Part shown: positions 1 through 13,773 of the stretch, piece after piece
Layout of the letters: every line of letters begins with the position of its first letter
Numbering within the stretch: position 1 is the first letter of the stretch
Assembly: GCF_009914755.1 (NCBI RefSeq)
Contig: NC_060940.1
DNA: 64,000 nucleotides
Strand: one strand, 5' to 3'
Origin: the human T2T-CHM13v2.0 reference genome, Homo sapiens
The notes under the pieces: generated by a model
Databases searched by the model: none
What the model saw: only the letters and a program-made list of their open reading frames with translations
Told to the model about the DNA's origin: nothing
Made by a program: the position numbers and the translations under genes

Positions 1-619
1 AGACAGTGAGAAATGCTCACATTTCTACACTTTCTATAAATTTCCTTTGCTTCAAAATATCAGTGCTTGAATAAAATTATTGATGGGTTTATCTCAGCCT
101 AAAACTAAACACATACGTCAACATGTCTTAAATATTACTTATTTTCTACAGACAGATCTCAAAAAATTTTGTAATCATTTGCATAGCTTAATTTCCGCTT
201 GCCAAATTACTTCTATTGACAATAATCCCTATGCCCAGTGGGTACTTGGCATTTATCAAAGCATTTTTGCATGCATGACGATATGAGATTGATCATGCTT
301 ATAGTAATCTCTGGAAACATGACTCTACAAGTCATGGAGAATTCAAACAACTCACATCAACCCAGCAACCCTGGGAGTCATCAGGACAAGATTTAATAAC
401 ATTGCACGGATATTGATAACCAAGTAAGTACTCTGCTCAAAGATATTTGGCCTTTAAAAGCTAAAAATAGAAACTTTGATCTGATATTTTGAGCCCAAAT
501 CCGAACTCTTTATATCAAATATCATACCTTCTGGGCCGTGACTTGCTCATAGGTTTTATGCCAGGAGAGTAGTTAAGGAATAGACAAACTAAACAGATTA
601 TTGCTACAACAACTGGTAT

Positions 620-790
620 AAATTGAGCACTACTATGTGTAGAGATCTGCATTCAGTAGTTTCAAACATCATATTCTTGTCACAATTGCCCTATAAGAAA
701 GGGGACTTTGTCTTTTCAATTTACAGATAAGAAAGCAAAAACATAGATATTGGAAGGAAATTATCCTTATAGCCACAGATCAATGGTGAA
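620..790 (-). mobile_element. MIR SINE fragment
   Basis: ttgagcactactatgtg...atttacagataagaaa...gccacag resembles the reverse-complement MIR core; degraded. Confidence 0.6.
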
Positions 791-1796
791 TTATTTTCTG
801 TTTATTTACTTAGAAGATGTCTGACTTGGCAGATCTCCTTTAAAATCTATCCATGTTCGAAACTTCCCGCCTTACCTTCAACTCAGAGAAGCATAAAAGA
901 AGGGTCTTGCAGTCTCAGCATGAATCATGTCAATCTCTAAATTTCTCAAGTGCCAATGCATCTTCCTGATCATTTACCTATTGTAAGTCTATCTGCTAAG
1001 GCTGGTTTCTTGGCCTCTTTTGTTATCTGTCTGTCTATATATCATCTAGATATCATTTGTCTATCTCTGATTGCTTCATAGTTAACTTTTCTTTTAATTA
1101 AAAAAAGGTAAGGTTGAGATTATTTAAGAATGTTTCATATAAGCATTTGATAAACTGTATTCCATGGGACAACATTTACACAAAATCATTTAAGGCTAAT
1201 CCACTTTCTAATCAAATATATTGCAGTGATGTTACTGTTTTCAGACCATCTTTGAAGAATCACTATCATCATCAAGAGATTAACATATCTGAAAAATCCT
1301 GAGGTTAGAAAAAAAAGTTAATTTTATTGAACATGGCATTTTTAAATGTATTTAAATCTCCTCATGCATCCTTTTCTGTTTTTAATACTGTTTCCTTATA
1401 TCCTGAAGAATAATGTCTGCATTTTCTTGTCTGTCATGTATATAATGTAATCTGTCTGTTCTTAGAAATCCTCAGAAAACAAAACCTTTTCCGTCTCCCC
1501 TCAGCAGCCATCATAGACTGATTCCGCAGAGGTTTGACTTCTGGTTGTCTTGGTGTTCGGTGTTTGTTTTCACAGAATCCATTTAGGGTCGCAAAGTATT
1601 TACCATCTGCTCCTACTCTTTCTTTTGAAGTAAATGTCCTCATGGCCACTGACTCATTTCCCAGGATGGTTATATGGTCACCTCCATGTCCTTATTCAAA
1701 GACTAAGCTAGTTTTGAAGAAAGAAGAATAATCCACTATGTCACCTGTAGGGGACTGACAGTATCTCCCAGGGACAGCTGTGAAAGAGTATTCTGG

Positions 1797-1934
1797 GGCC
1801 ACGTGTGGTGGCTCACACCTGTCATCCCAGAACTTTGGGAAGCCAAAGCGGGAGGATCGCTGGAGTCTAGGAATTTGAGATCAACCTGGGCAACATAGCA
1901 AGGCTGCATCTCTAAAATAATATAAAAATTTTAA
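1797..1934 (+). mobile_element. Free left Alu monomer (FLAM-C-like)
   Basis: GGCC..GGTGGCTCACACCTGT..CCCAG..CTTTGGGA left arm ending in an A-rich tail; degenerate TSD aaagagtattctgg (1783-1796) / aatgagtactctgg (~1936-1949). Confidence 0.9.
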
Positions 1935-2809
1935 AAATGAGTACTCTGGGATACACTGGTGCAGTGTTGAGTTCCTTGCTCCTTGAAGGATGTCTGTCCT
2001 GGATGCTAGAGAAATTGAAGTCCAGCCATGAAAACTCTTTGGCATGCCTAAAGAGGACTGATTAGAACTTCAGTTGGTATTCTTTACCATATAGTTGTGA
2101 CTCAGTCCTTACTAAGATAAAGTTTCTGAAATATTCCTTTACCTTTGTAATGCTATGCTTGCCATTCTTTACTCTCCTCACCCCAAATGTTTTCTCAAAC
2201 AAAAGCCAATCAGAGAATGGAGAACAAACCTTTCCAGCTGATGAAACACAAATATCTTTTTTCTCTTGGATTTATTTAGCAGTTGACATTACCGAAACCA
2301 TAATGAATGATAAAGTGACCATTGATATATATCAGATACCTATTACGTGTTCGATAATGAATTAAAGGTTTGCACACAATGATGTTTAATCATCTCTACA
2401 ACCTTGAAAAAGTTATTTCATTATTTTTACAAAATCCCCTAAATTTCCAAATAATTATGCTCATGTGCTTTCAATCTAGAAACAACAATGAAAGTGCATG
2501 ATAGAGTGGAGAAAAGTCCCATTTACACAATGAGTTTTATTTCGAGCTGGGGGAAATCAAGTAGATAATTAGGTGTGGTATATCCAATCTTGAGAGAATA
2601 TGCACTGTACTGGAGGAAAATGGCTTTAGAAATTAAGACAGAACTTGGTTTAAATAACTTTGGGAAAATCGTTTAGGCCAGAGAACCATGTCATCTCCCT
2701 CAACCCGGTTTCTTCTCTACCTACCCTACAAGTCATCACTATATTAGTGTTAACTGTTAGTATTAACTAAGTTTATCTGATTCCTCTTTAAGCAATTCCT
2801 CAAAAGAAA

Positions 2810-3360
2810 AAAATCTGATAATTCCATATTTGTGCTTAAAGCCTCTTAATGAATCCCACTGCTTAAACAAACAAACAAAAACAACAACAACGAGAACCAC
2901 AAATCCTCAGTGTAGTGGCCCTTCTGCTTCAGACGGTGCTGGCCTTACCAGCCTGCTTTGAACCAGCCAGGATCCCTCTTCATGCTCCAACCACATAGGC
3001 TTCCATTTCAGTTTTCAGCAAGGATCACTCTTTTGCATGGAATGTCACATACTCTCTCACCTAAACCTGAAAAATGTTTGCTTATCTTTCAGAACTTAGG
3101 ACAAAATTTATCTGATCATGAAAGGGCCAACTTATCCATTATCCCACCCATCAGTTGCCATCTGATGAGGTCTACTTCTTTTTCCTTGAAATTTTTATAA
3201 TTGTAACAAAATAATGCAATGAAGACTTTCTCATTTAATGCTATTTTATCTTTTAAAATTGTTAGCTTTGTAAGTTTGTCAGTGTTTTCTCTTTTTCTCT
3301 TGCTGTATCTACAATGGCTACCACTGCAACTCACAATGTAAGTGTTCAATTCATATAGGA
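2810..3360 (+). mobile_element. L2 LINE 3' fragment
   Basis: degraded L2 3' motifs (aaatctgata, gctccaaccaca, tggaatg..ctctc, tgctgtatct). Confidence 0.55.
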
Positions 3361-3544
3361 AAAATTGAAAGAAAAAAACTATGAGTAAATAAATTGATAG
3401 ATGACTCCTCAGTTATCTCATCTTCTACATGAAAACAATAATATATAGATATATTTAGAAGTATGAAGATTAAATGATATGTAGAAAGATCATCTGTTAT
3501 ATTGCCTGATATGAAATTGGGAATCAACAATGGCAGTCTTTATT

Positions 3545-6500
3545 TTTCCCCAATAATTTTAATTTTAGGAAATTTTTAGGTTCACTGCAAAACTGATCAG
3601 AAAGAACATAATTCCCATGATATCCCCAGCTCCCCAGGCATGCACACAACCTCTCTCATTACCAATACACCCCACCCGAGTGGTACATTTGTTATAATTG
3701 ATGAACCTACAATGACACATCACTATCACCCAAACTCTATCACATTAGGGTTCACTCTTGATGTTGGACATTTCCTGAATTTTGACAAATATATAATGAT
3801 GTTTATCCACAATTGTAGTATCTTTCAGAATAGTTTCATTGCTTTAAATCTTTCATGTATTGCCTATTCATCCCTCCATCTCCGTAACCCATAGCAAACA
3901 CTAAACATTGTCATGATTATTGTAAGTCTTGAAGTCACATAGTGATAGTCCTCAAACTGTTTTTCTCCTTCAGTATTATGTTACCTATTCTGGACCTTCA
4001 GCCTCTCCATATAAACTCTAGAAATAGTTTGTCAATAACCACAAAATAACTTGCTGGACTTTTAATTGGGATTGCATTGAATCTATAGATCAAGCTGGGA
4101 AGAACTGACATCTTGACAGTATTGAGCCTTCTTATTCATGAACATAGAATATCTCTCCATGTATTTAGTTCATTGATTTCTTTCATCAGAGTTTTTCAGT
4201 AATCCTTATAGATCTTGTAGGTTTTTTGTTATATTTATACCTAAGTATTTAATTTTGCGATGTCCTAGTATAAACAGTACTGTGTCTTCAGTTTCAAATT
4301 CAACTGGTTCATTGTTGGTATATATAAAAGCAATTGATTTTGTGTATTAACCTTGTATCCTGAAACTTACTGTAATCACTTATTAGTTTCAGGAGTTTGT
4401 CAATTCTTTAAAATTATTTACATAGATTATGTCATCTGTAACAATAAGTTGTGCATTTTCTTTTCCAATTAGTATATCTTTTATTTTCTTTTCCTGTCTT
4501 ATTGCACTAGCTAGGATGACTACGAATGGTGAGAGGAAATATCTTTGTCTTGTCCTGATCATCCTTAAAAAGCTTCTAGTTTCTCAAAATTAGGTACAGT
4601 GTTAACAGTAGGTTTTTTGCAGTCTTTGTCCTCAAGTTGAGGATGTTTCCCACTATTTCTAGTGTACTGAGAAAATTTTTACCATGAATGGATGTTGAAA
4701 TTTGTCAAATGCTTTTTTCTGCATTTTCTAATACAATTTTGATTTTTTTCTTCTTTAGTCTGATGTGATTGTTGGATTAGATTTATAAATTTTTCAATAT
4801 AAAAGCCTTTTATAGCTGGGATAAATCTTACTTCATTGTAGTGTATAATTATTTTAGCTATTGTTGAATTTGATTTGCCAATAGTATGTTATGGTATCTG
4901 CATCTATGTTTATTAGAGAATTGGTCTGTAGTTTTCTTTTCTTGCAATATCTTTGTTTAGTTTTGGTACTAGGGTAATTCTGGCTTTTTAGAATGATTTA
5001 GAAAGTATTTTCTCTGCTTCTATCTTTTGAAAGAGATGGCAGATAATTGCTATAATTTCTTCATTAAATGTTTGACAATTCACCAGTGAATACATCTGGG
5101 CCTGTTGCTTTCTGTTTTGGAAAGTTATTAATTGTTTATTCAATTTTTAAAATAGATTCAGGTCTATTCACATCGTCTCTTTCTTCTTGGAAGGTTGTGA
5201 AGAATCCAGGGCAGGAAATAACAATTGCCTTAATTTACATTCACAACAGACAGAGGGTAGGTTGACCTAACCCCTGATATTAGGAATGTAAGCCTTTTTC
5301 TTTCTTAGTTAGCCTGGCTCAAGTCTTATCAATTTTATTGCTCTTTTCAAAAAAAACAAACAAACAAAAAACAAAACAGCTTTTGTTTTTTGTCAGTCTT
5401 CTCTATTGACTTGCTGTTTTAGATTTCTGCTCTTTTTCTTTCATGTAACTTACTTTGAATTTAGTTTGCTCTGCCATTTCTATATTCTGAAGGCAAAAGC
5501 TTAGATGATTGATTTAAGATCTCATTTTCTTATTTTCTAAGATATGTATTCGATATCATAAATTTTATTTTAAGCAGTGCTTTCACTGCGTATCTGAAAT
5601 TTTATTGTGTTTTCATTTTTATTTGGTTTAAAACATGTTGTAATTTCAGTTGAGATTTCTTCTTAGACAAATTGTTATTTAGAACTCTGCTGTTTATGAG
5701 TATTTGCGGATTCTCCAGCTATCTTTTTGTTTTTGATTTCAAGTTTAATTCCATTGTGTTCTGAGAGCAGGAATTATATGATTCCCATTCTCCTAAATTT
5801 GTTAAGGTGTGTTTTATGGCCCAGGATGTGGTCTATCTTGGTGAATGTTCTGTGTGAGATTAATAGTAATATGTAATGTGCTGTCATTGGATAAAGTAGT
5901 CAACAGTTTTAATTATATCTAGGTGACTGGTAATGCTTTTGAGTTCAAGTATATCTTTACTGATTTTCTGCCTGGTGAATCTATACATTTCTAAGGGAGG
6001 GGGTGTTAAAGTCTTCAACTATATTTGTGGATTTATCTACTTTTCCTCACAATGTTATTAGTTTTTGCTTCACATATTTTGAGGCTCTGTTGTTAGGTGA
6101 TTACACATTAAGGATTTGCATGGATTCTTGGAGCGTTGATCACTTTATCATTGTGTAATGCTCACTTTTATAACTGATAACTTTCTTTGGTCTGAATCCT
6201 GTGCTGTCTGAAATTAATGTAACTACTCCCACTTTCTGTTGATTAATGTTAGCATGTTATATTTGTCCATTGTGTTAATCTTTATGTGCTTTTATATTTA
6301 AGGAGGGGTTTATTATAGACCATGTATAGTTCAATCTTGTTTTTTCATTCACTCTGACAATCTGTGTCTTTTAATTGGGGTATTTAGACCACAATGTTTA
6401 AATTAATTATTGACATAGATGGATTAATATCTATCATATGTTACTGGTCTTTCCTAATTTATTGTCCTGTTCTTTTTTTCTTTTTGTGTCTTCCACCCTT

Positions 6501-8695
6501 TTCTACTTTTTAGGTTTTATGTGAGCATGTTATATTATTCAGTTCTCTCCTATTTTGCATATCAATTATTCAACATTTTTCAGTGGTTCCGCTAGAATTT
6601 GCAATATACATTCTTTCATGTCTACTTCCAAATAACACTAGTGTGAATAGTTAACACAACATAAAGTTCTTCATTCTTCCCTCCTTTGTATCATTGATAT
6701 AATTCATTTCGCTTAACATAAGCATGTATGTATATATATGTATATATAAAATGTATAATCAAATAATTATTGCTATTATTGTGAACAAATTTCTATCTCC
6801 TTGATCAATTAAAAATAAAAAAACCCTTTGTTTTAACTTCACTTATTCTTTTGCTAATGCTCTTTTTTCCTTTATATAGATCTGAGTATCTGACCTGTAT
6901 TATTTTTCTTCTCTCTGACTAACTTCTTTAACATTTCTTGCAAGGCAGGTCTACTGGTAAGAAATTTCCTCAAGTTCTTGTTTTTCTGTGAAGTCTTTTT
7001 ATTATTTTTACTTTTGAAGATAATTCTTCACAAATTACCGTATCAAGAAATAGACTTCTAGTTGTTTATTTTCCTCTCAACAGTATAAATATTTCACTCT
7101 ATACTCTTATTATTTGCATGTTTTCTAGGGAAAAATCCTTTCTAATTTTTATATTCGCATCTCTATAGGTAAGGTTTTCCTTCCTGCACCTACCTCGAGC
7201 TTCTTTCAAGATTTTCTCTTCATCTGTGATTTATGAAGTTTTAATAATATATGCCTAAATGTAAAGTCTTTTTTTTTTTTTGCATTTATTCTGCATGGTG
7301 GTCTCTGAACTTCTTGGATTTGTGGTATGGTGTCTGTTATTAATTTGGTAAAATTTGAAATAATTATACAACTCACCATATTGTAGAATCAGTCATTATT
7401 GCTCCAAATATTCCTTCTGTTTCTGTTTTTCTGTTTGGTTTGTTTGTATTTCCCTTCTGTAATCCCTATTATGTGTATGTTATTCCTTTTGTAGTTATCC
7501 CAGAATTCTGAGATTTTCTATTTCTTTTTAGTCTTTTTTTGTTTTTTCAGTTTGTGAAGTTTCTACTGACATAACCTCCAGCTCAGAGATTCTTTCCTCA
7601 GCCGTATCAAATCTACTAATGGGTGCATCAAAGGCATTCTTTATTTCAGTTATAGCATTTTAGATCTCTAGCATTTTTTGATATTTTCTTAAAATTTTTC
7701 TCTCTCTTCTTACATTATCCATCTGTTGTTGCACCCTGTCTACTTTTTCCATTAATGCCCTCAGCTTAGTAATTCTACTTTTTTATTTTGTTTGAATTCT
7801 TGGTCTGATAAAGCCAACATTCTTTCCACATTTTCTTCCGGTTCTACGTGTGTTTAGCTTCTTCAAACTGTTTGTTTTCCCTTTAGTATATCTTATATTT
7901 TTCATTGAAAGGTGCACATCACGTTCTGGATAGAAGAAAATCTGGAAAATAGGCCTTTAGTTATGTAGTGGTAAGGCATTGAGGAGTAGAAGCATTCTAT
8001 AGTCTTATGATTAAATTGTAGAATTATGAACTTCACCAGTTTATAATCTTTGGACTTTGCTTGTGCTTCTCAGTTTTTCCTCACCTTAGGTAAGACAAGA
8101 TAATTGGAGTGAGCTGGAGTTGAGTATTTTCTTTCCTCCACATAAATCTAAATTCCAGGGTTAGGTATTTTTCTTCCCTTAGTTAGGTTAGTCCCTAACG
8201 AACTTTGTTTCTCCTGATGAAAGGCCTTGTTAAGTAAGATCAGAAAGCTGTGGTATATTTCACAATGGTTTTTTTCTTCCCCCTGCTGGAATCACAAGAG
8301 ATTTTTCTCTAATATTCACAGTGGGGAACTAGAAGAGCTCCTGGGAGGTAAAATTTGCAGTAATGTAGGAGCCTCTCTCTGACTGGACCCCCTTGGGAGT
8401 TTCTAACTCTCCGAGTTGTCCACACTGAGCCTCCAGCAATGTGTCAAATACAGCTCAAATTTTACGACCCCAGCACTGATTCTTGAGGAGGTTCTTGCTC
8501 AGGTAAACTGTGATTTTCTGCACCTGCCTGTCTGTCTCTCCAATTTTTTGGTCAGTGGTTTGCCCTGTGACCTTACCTTTCTGAGAGATCTAAAAAGAGT
8601 TTTTGATTTTCCAGTTTGTCCAACTTGTTACTTGTGGTTAGGATGGATTTGTGACTTTGAAGCTCCTCACATGCAGGTCTGAAAACTGGATGTGT
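3545..8695 (-). mobile_element. Old L1 (L1MC1/2-like), near full length with internal deletions, fully decayed
   Basis: 3' UTR motif ttttaggttcactgcaaaa...gagtggtacatttgtt...tagggttcactcttg (3545-3900); abrupt jump to antisense ORF2 at ~3910; ORF2, ORF1 and an L1MC-type 5' end continue to ~8695. Confidence 0.9.
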
Positions 8696-9109
8696 GGCAG
8701 TTCCTTTGTTTTTTTTTTTTTCTTTTCTTCTTGCTCTTTTTTTTAATAAGAAGAATGATAATTATACCTTCATTTTTTTCTGACCACTTTTTATTTTTTG
8801 GATTTATGCATACTTACTTTAATTTCTATAATAATCCCAATAAAGTAGATGATCTTTGTTTGCATGCACGCCATTAAATTTGTCTTCAGTTATTTAATTT
8901 AAAAAATGACAGAGTAACCTTTGACAAATCTTCCCATGAACTACAGTTTGTCTCTCTTCTACCTCCTCTCTCTCTCTCATGGCCCCCCACCCACCACACA
9001 CACATACCTTATCCCTAACCTCAAGGATGTAAATTCTAATACGAAAGTTAGACAATAAGGCTACATTTAAGATCAAGGGACTCTGATGACCCAAAACACC
9101 GTATCATCC

Positions 9110-9290
9110 TGGAAATTTGAAGAGTTGTTCTGGAGGAAGTGACAATTGAATAGAGGTTTAAACAATAAGGAAAAGTTAGCCAGCAATAAAAAGGAGATGG
9201 ACATGGGAAAGAACATTCTAATCAGTGATAGGAATATGATGCAAGGATGCAGAAATTAAAGAGAACTGTATACAGCACACTTGAGAATTT
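9110..9290 (-). mobile_element. L2 fragment
   Basis: ctggaggaagtgaca...gaaagaacattc...tgcaagg is typical antisense L2. Confidence 0.55.
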
Positions 9291-9379
9291 CCAATTAATT
9301 GAGCATAGCTTGAATGTGGGATGCACTTTGAGCAGTGATAAAACATTTTAAACCCAGAGTGTATTTAATAGATGTATAG

Positions 9380-9889
9380 CAATGGTCCCCAACCCTTCTG
9401 TCACCAGGCATTGGTTTCATGGAAGACAATTTTTCCATGGACTGGGGCTGGGGAGGATGGTTTCTGGATGATTCAAGTGCATTACATTTATTTTGCACTT
9501 TATTTCCATTATTATTACATTGTGACATATAATGAAATAATTATACAACTCACCATAATGTAGAATCAGGGTGGGCCCTGAGCTTGTTTAACTAGATGGT
9601 CCCATCTAGGGGTGATGGGTGACAGTGACAGATCATCAGGTGCTAGATTCTCGTAAGGAGAGCGCAACCTAGAACCCTTGCATGTGCGATTCACAGTAGG
9701 GTTCACGCTCCTATGAGAATTTAATGCCGCTGCTGATCTGACAAAACAGAACTCAGGTGGTAATAGGAATGGTGGGGAGCAGCTGCAAATAATGATGAAG
9801 CTTCGCTCACTTGCTCACCCTCCATTCATCTTCTGCTGTGCAGCCCGGTTCCTATTAGGTCACCAACTGGTACTGGTTGGGGACCCCTG
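9380..9889. mobile_element. MER1A (hAT-Charlie non-autonomous DNA transposon)
   Basis: TIRs caatggtccccaacc / ggttggggacccctg, 510 bp, perfect 8-bp TSD atgtatag (9372-9379, 9890-9897). Confidence 0.95.
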
Positions 9890-11158
9890 ATGTATAGAAC
9901 CTGAGAAAGGATCTCCTAAGCCAGGTGGCTTAAACCCACTTCTGAAGTATATTATTCCTTATCTTCTGAGGCCCTGCAAAATGAGAGGGGAGCCCAGAAA
10001 AATGAGTGGGGAACTCAGATCAGTGTATTCTGGAGTGGCAGTGGAATCAGTCTTCCTTCTTCTATATTATTTCCTCCATATCACAAATCAGCTTTGGGTT
10101 CTGGACATGCAGAATATAGATAGGTCCAAACTCTCTTTGGAAATAGAAGCCATTATTTTTTGGAAAATCAACACTGGAAAGCAAAGGTATTGCCCTTTTT
10201 GGAGGGTGGACAAAGGTGGTTTTGAATAGCTGTCTGGTTGGGTGTTTCTGTTTGCCATCAGTTGTCATATTAATGCATGAGTATATAACATTTTACACTA
10301 AGGAAGATGAAAGTTAATTTTTCAATTATGCAGCAAAAATAAATGTATGCCTAACATTATGGCAGGTGCTTTTAGAGATAGAAAGCAGAGTAAAGAAAAT
10401 AGTCATGTTTGAACTTAAATAGCCAAACTGAATTCAGTTTTTGATGCTGCATTTATTTTTGTTTTGTTGATTGTTTTCCAACGGATCTATGTACTATTTT
10501 TCCACACCATACAGATTTCAATGCATGTGAATTGTCATCAGGACATTGGCAGTTTGACATAATGAAGTTCTAATGACTGAGTACATGCTGTGACTAGTCT
10601 TTTTACATTACACATAAAGAGCACTTTTATGTGTGTGAGTATATTGGCCCTATAAAAAAATCTTTGCTGTATCTTGCTTGAGCTATTTCATTAATTTCTC
10701 AGGCTAACTCCCCGATTTTACACTCTAGTTTCAAAACACTCTGCCCCCTTTCGTTAAGCCAATCTTTATGAGATTTAAGATAGAAGGTTTGAGAATCCTT
10801 CAGTGGCTTTCCTAACTCTCAAAGACACTGATCATCCCAAGATCTATTTTTCCAAACTAATGGCACTTTTCTACTGTGTTATTGGGCATCCCACATGTTC
10901 TGTTAACCCACATATGCTTCATTAACAAGTTAACAATGTCCATGAAGTTTTTTTTCCTACCTGTTGATTGAATTCTTTGCCTACAACTGCAATTCTCAGA
11001 TCTATCTAGTTCAAATTAAAATTTCCCCTTTCTTTCCTGATCATTCATTAAAAGTTTTAACCTTCATATCTTTAATGAGGCACTTAGAACAATATGTCTC
11101 ATATTCCAGTTTTCTTTATTGGATTACAAGTTCTTGACAGACAAACTTATTATCTCCC

Positions 11159-11522
11159 TGCCTTAGTCTGTTTGGGCTTCTATAACAAAATACCACAGAG
11201 TGGTGGCATGTAAGCAACAGAAATTTGTTTCTCATAGTTCTGGAGACTGGGAAGTCCAAGGTTAAGGTGTCAGCAGACTCAGTGTCTGACGAGGACCTTC
11301 TCTCTGGTTCATAGATGGCCATCTTTTCACTATCCTCAAATGGTGAATGCGAAAAGGGAGCTCTCTGGAGTCTTTTTTATAAGGGCACTAATTACATTCA
11401 TAAAGATTGTGCAATAATGAGCTAATCACCTCCCAAAGACCCTATCACATAATAACATTGCATTGGGTATTAGCATTTCAGTGTATGAACTGGGGGGTTG
11501 AATAAACATTCAGTCTGAAGCA
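11159..11522 (-). mobile_element. MLT1A-type MaLR solo LTR
   Basis: tgccttagtctgtttggg...tttctcatagttctggagactgggaagtccaag...aacattcagtctgaagca; TG..CA ends; 5-bp TSD ctccc on both sides. Confidence 0.93.
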
Positions 11523-12689
11523 CTCCCCATATCTCTACATCCTCCCCTAAATTATATGCATGCATTGTTTTGTTTATTGTAACAGAACCACAGTTTGGTA
11601 GTTCTTTTTCTCAGCTGTATTCCTAGAGGAATCCTCAATATATAAAAAAATCCTAAATTGATTACTCCTTAGTTAGTTTAAATCTTTCCCAACTTATTGC
11701 AATATGGAGATAACTGGTTGGTTGTCTTTCAGGGTGAGTTTGATATACAATGGCCATGAAATTAGTCATGGAAAGAAAACCTAGAGGAAATCACATATTT
11801 CCCACTTTTACAGCCACCTGTGTCTCCTTCCCATCTTCTTTTTCCTAATCTACACCTTTTTGTACCTTCGTACATTTTGTACACTTTTAATTCACTTTTG
11901 TACATGGCTCTACTGTCCTCTGTAAATGTTTTAAAAAAAATGAAAAAAAATACCCTCCAACTCCCCACAATGAAAAATATTTATGCATTTTATTTGTCTT
12001 ATGGTTTAACTGTGACATATTATCACTATTACTACTTATTTGCAATTATTATTTTTATGATAATTAATTGCAAGCTATTCTAAGTCCTGGGGCTGGTGTG
12101 TTTTTTTAGGAACTCTCTAGACATGGGCTGTAGGAAATGAGATCTAGGTTAACCTGAAGGATTATCCCATAAGAAAAAATTATGCTAAAGTCCTTTATTC
12201 TTCTTCCTTTTACTTCTACCCAAATATGAGTTTGCGTGTAGTTTCCTATCTAACATCATTTTCTAAGATATATATGTGGTTCATAGCTCAACTCTCTGAG
12301 CAAGAAAACATCAATATGGTCTTAAGGATGTTTATCTTTTCTAGCTTTCTGAGTACATGCATTTTCTGTTCACTGTGCCTCAACTAAATTTTATACCAAG
12401 AGAAAACCCTGGAGCTTTTTGATTTATGTGGTAGAAATTTCACAAGGAAGTCAAGTACCCACTTTCCTACTTTGGATAGAGAAAAGTAAATAAACACAGA
12501 TTTCTCCATGACCTTTGTGTGAGCTCTAAATTTTGAGATACTTTGACCCTACACATACTTGCCCTTGCATATGATAGTATTGTTTGCAAACAAATATTTG
12601 TTTTCTTATTTTTAAAACAGGTTACATTGTAAACTAGATTTGTTGACAGGGATATGTGGGTGCTATAGAAACTGAAATATAGCTGGTGC

Positions 12690-13330
12690 TGAAGCCGCGT
12701 CGTTGCCTCGGGTGAATACCCAAGATTTGTTTTCTCTTGGTCACGGAAAACTAGGACGCGGACACAGAAAGAATGAGGTTTAGAGCAGAAGTTTAACAGG
12801 CGAAAGAAAGAGAAGAGCTCTCTGCAGCAGAGAGGGGTACCAGAGAAATGGGTGGCCAGTTTGGCAGTGGAATGCAGGGGATTTTATACATGAGCTTGAG
12901 GAGGTGGTGTCTGATTTACATAGGGCACAAAAGATTGTTCTGTTCGGACCAGGTGTGCCATTTACTTAGCACATGAAAAGCTGGCCACCCCCACCCTAAT
13001 CTTTTGTATGCAGATGGGTTCTCTACCTGGCTGGTGCCATGTTGCCTGCTTCTTTACTGTACATGTGGTTGACAAAGAAAAGGGAAAATGGAGTCTCCAT
13101 GTTGAACATGCCTGGACCTCAGGTAGCACTATTCTATTGGCACAGCTGCTGGCATTTACCCATGCAAGCTTCCAGCTTGCTTATCTATGTCTGCAGCTCA
13201 CTTTTTCAGACTTCTGTTTGTTAGAAAAGAAATGATTTGGGAACTGCTTTTTGTTAAAAAGGGAAATTCCACCAAAGTCTCTTTTACCCTCACTATCTGC
13301 CTAAATAATTTCTTTCTAGCTGCTGTATTA
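12690..13330 (-). mobile_element. ERV1 solo LTR (LTR9-family-like)
   Basis: reverse complement begins taatacagcagctagaaagaaattatttaggcagatagtgagggtaaaagag; 641 bp; 4-bp TSD gtgc (12686-12689, 13331-13334) as expected for ERV1; subfamily from memory. Confidence 0.85.
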
Positions 13331-13449
13331 GTGCCATACACAGGATGGGCTTTCTGTGTATGTTTTTTTTTTTTTTTTAAATTATCTTTTGGCTACATTT
13401 AGAAAACAAGGAATAGAAAGGGAACAGATTTGGACACCAAACAAGCCTA

Positions 13450-13740
13450 GTGGACAGCAAGCTCTACAAGATTAGGAACCATGAATGCCCCAAACTCTGT
13501 GTGGTTCCAAACTCCTAGCATTGTTGTTGTGCCCAGAAAAAATGCATTTGTTGAACAAAACAAACAAACCAACAAAAAACAAACATAAATGGGATTAAGT
13601 TATGGCTCTGTCATTTACCAGCTGTCCTGCTAAGAATTAGGTTATTTAACCGTTAGTTTCTTCTTCATCATTGAAATTAGGATCATACTACCTAGCTTCC
13701 TGAATTGCTGCCATATTTAAAGAAATGTGCCTGGCAGATT
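13450..13740 (+). mobile_element. L2 3' end followed by MIR fragment
   Basis: caagctctacaag..tcctagca..atttgttgaa, then ggctctgtcatttaccagctgt..ttatttaacc. Confidence 0.55.
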
Positions 13741-13773
13741 TTCTAAAATACAACAGATATTGAAGAGATGCTA

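Noticed and set aside
152-429. Plus-strand exon candidate (acceptors at ~151/304, donor CAA|GTAAGT at ~424)
   Set aside because: Stops in all frames checked and no supporting context; indistinguishable from a pseudoexon.
1650-2104. Two AP-1 (TGACTCA) sites
   Set aside because: 7-mers occur several times by chance in a window this size; no other support.
10610-10634. 9-bp stem hairpin acacataaa/tttatgtgt (similar 8-bp stem at ~37072)
   Set aside because: A few such stems are expected by chance in 64 kb of AT-rich DNA.
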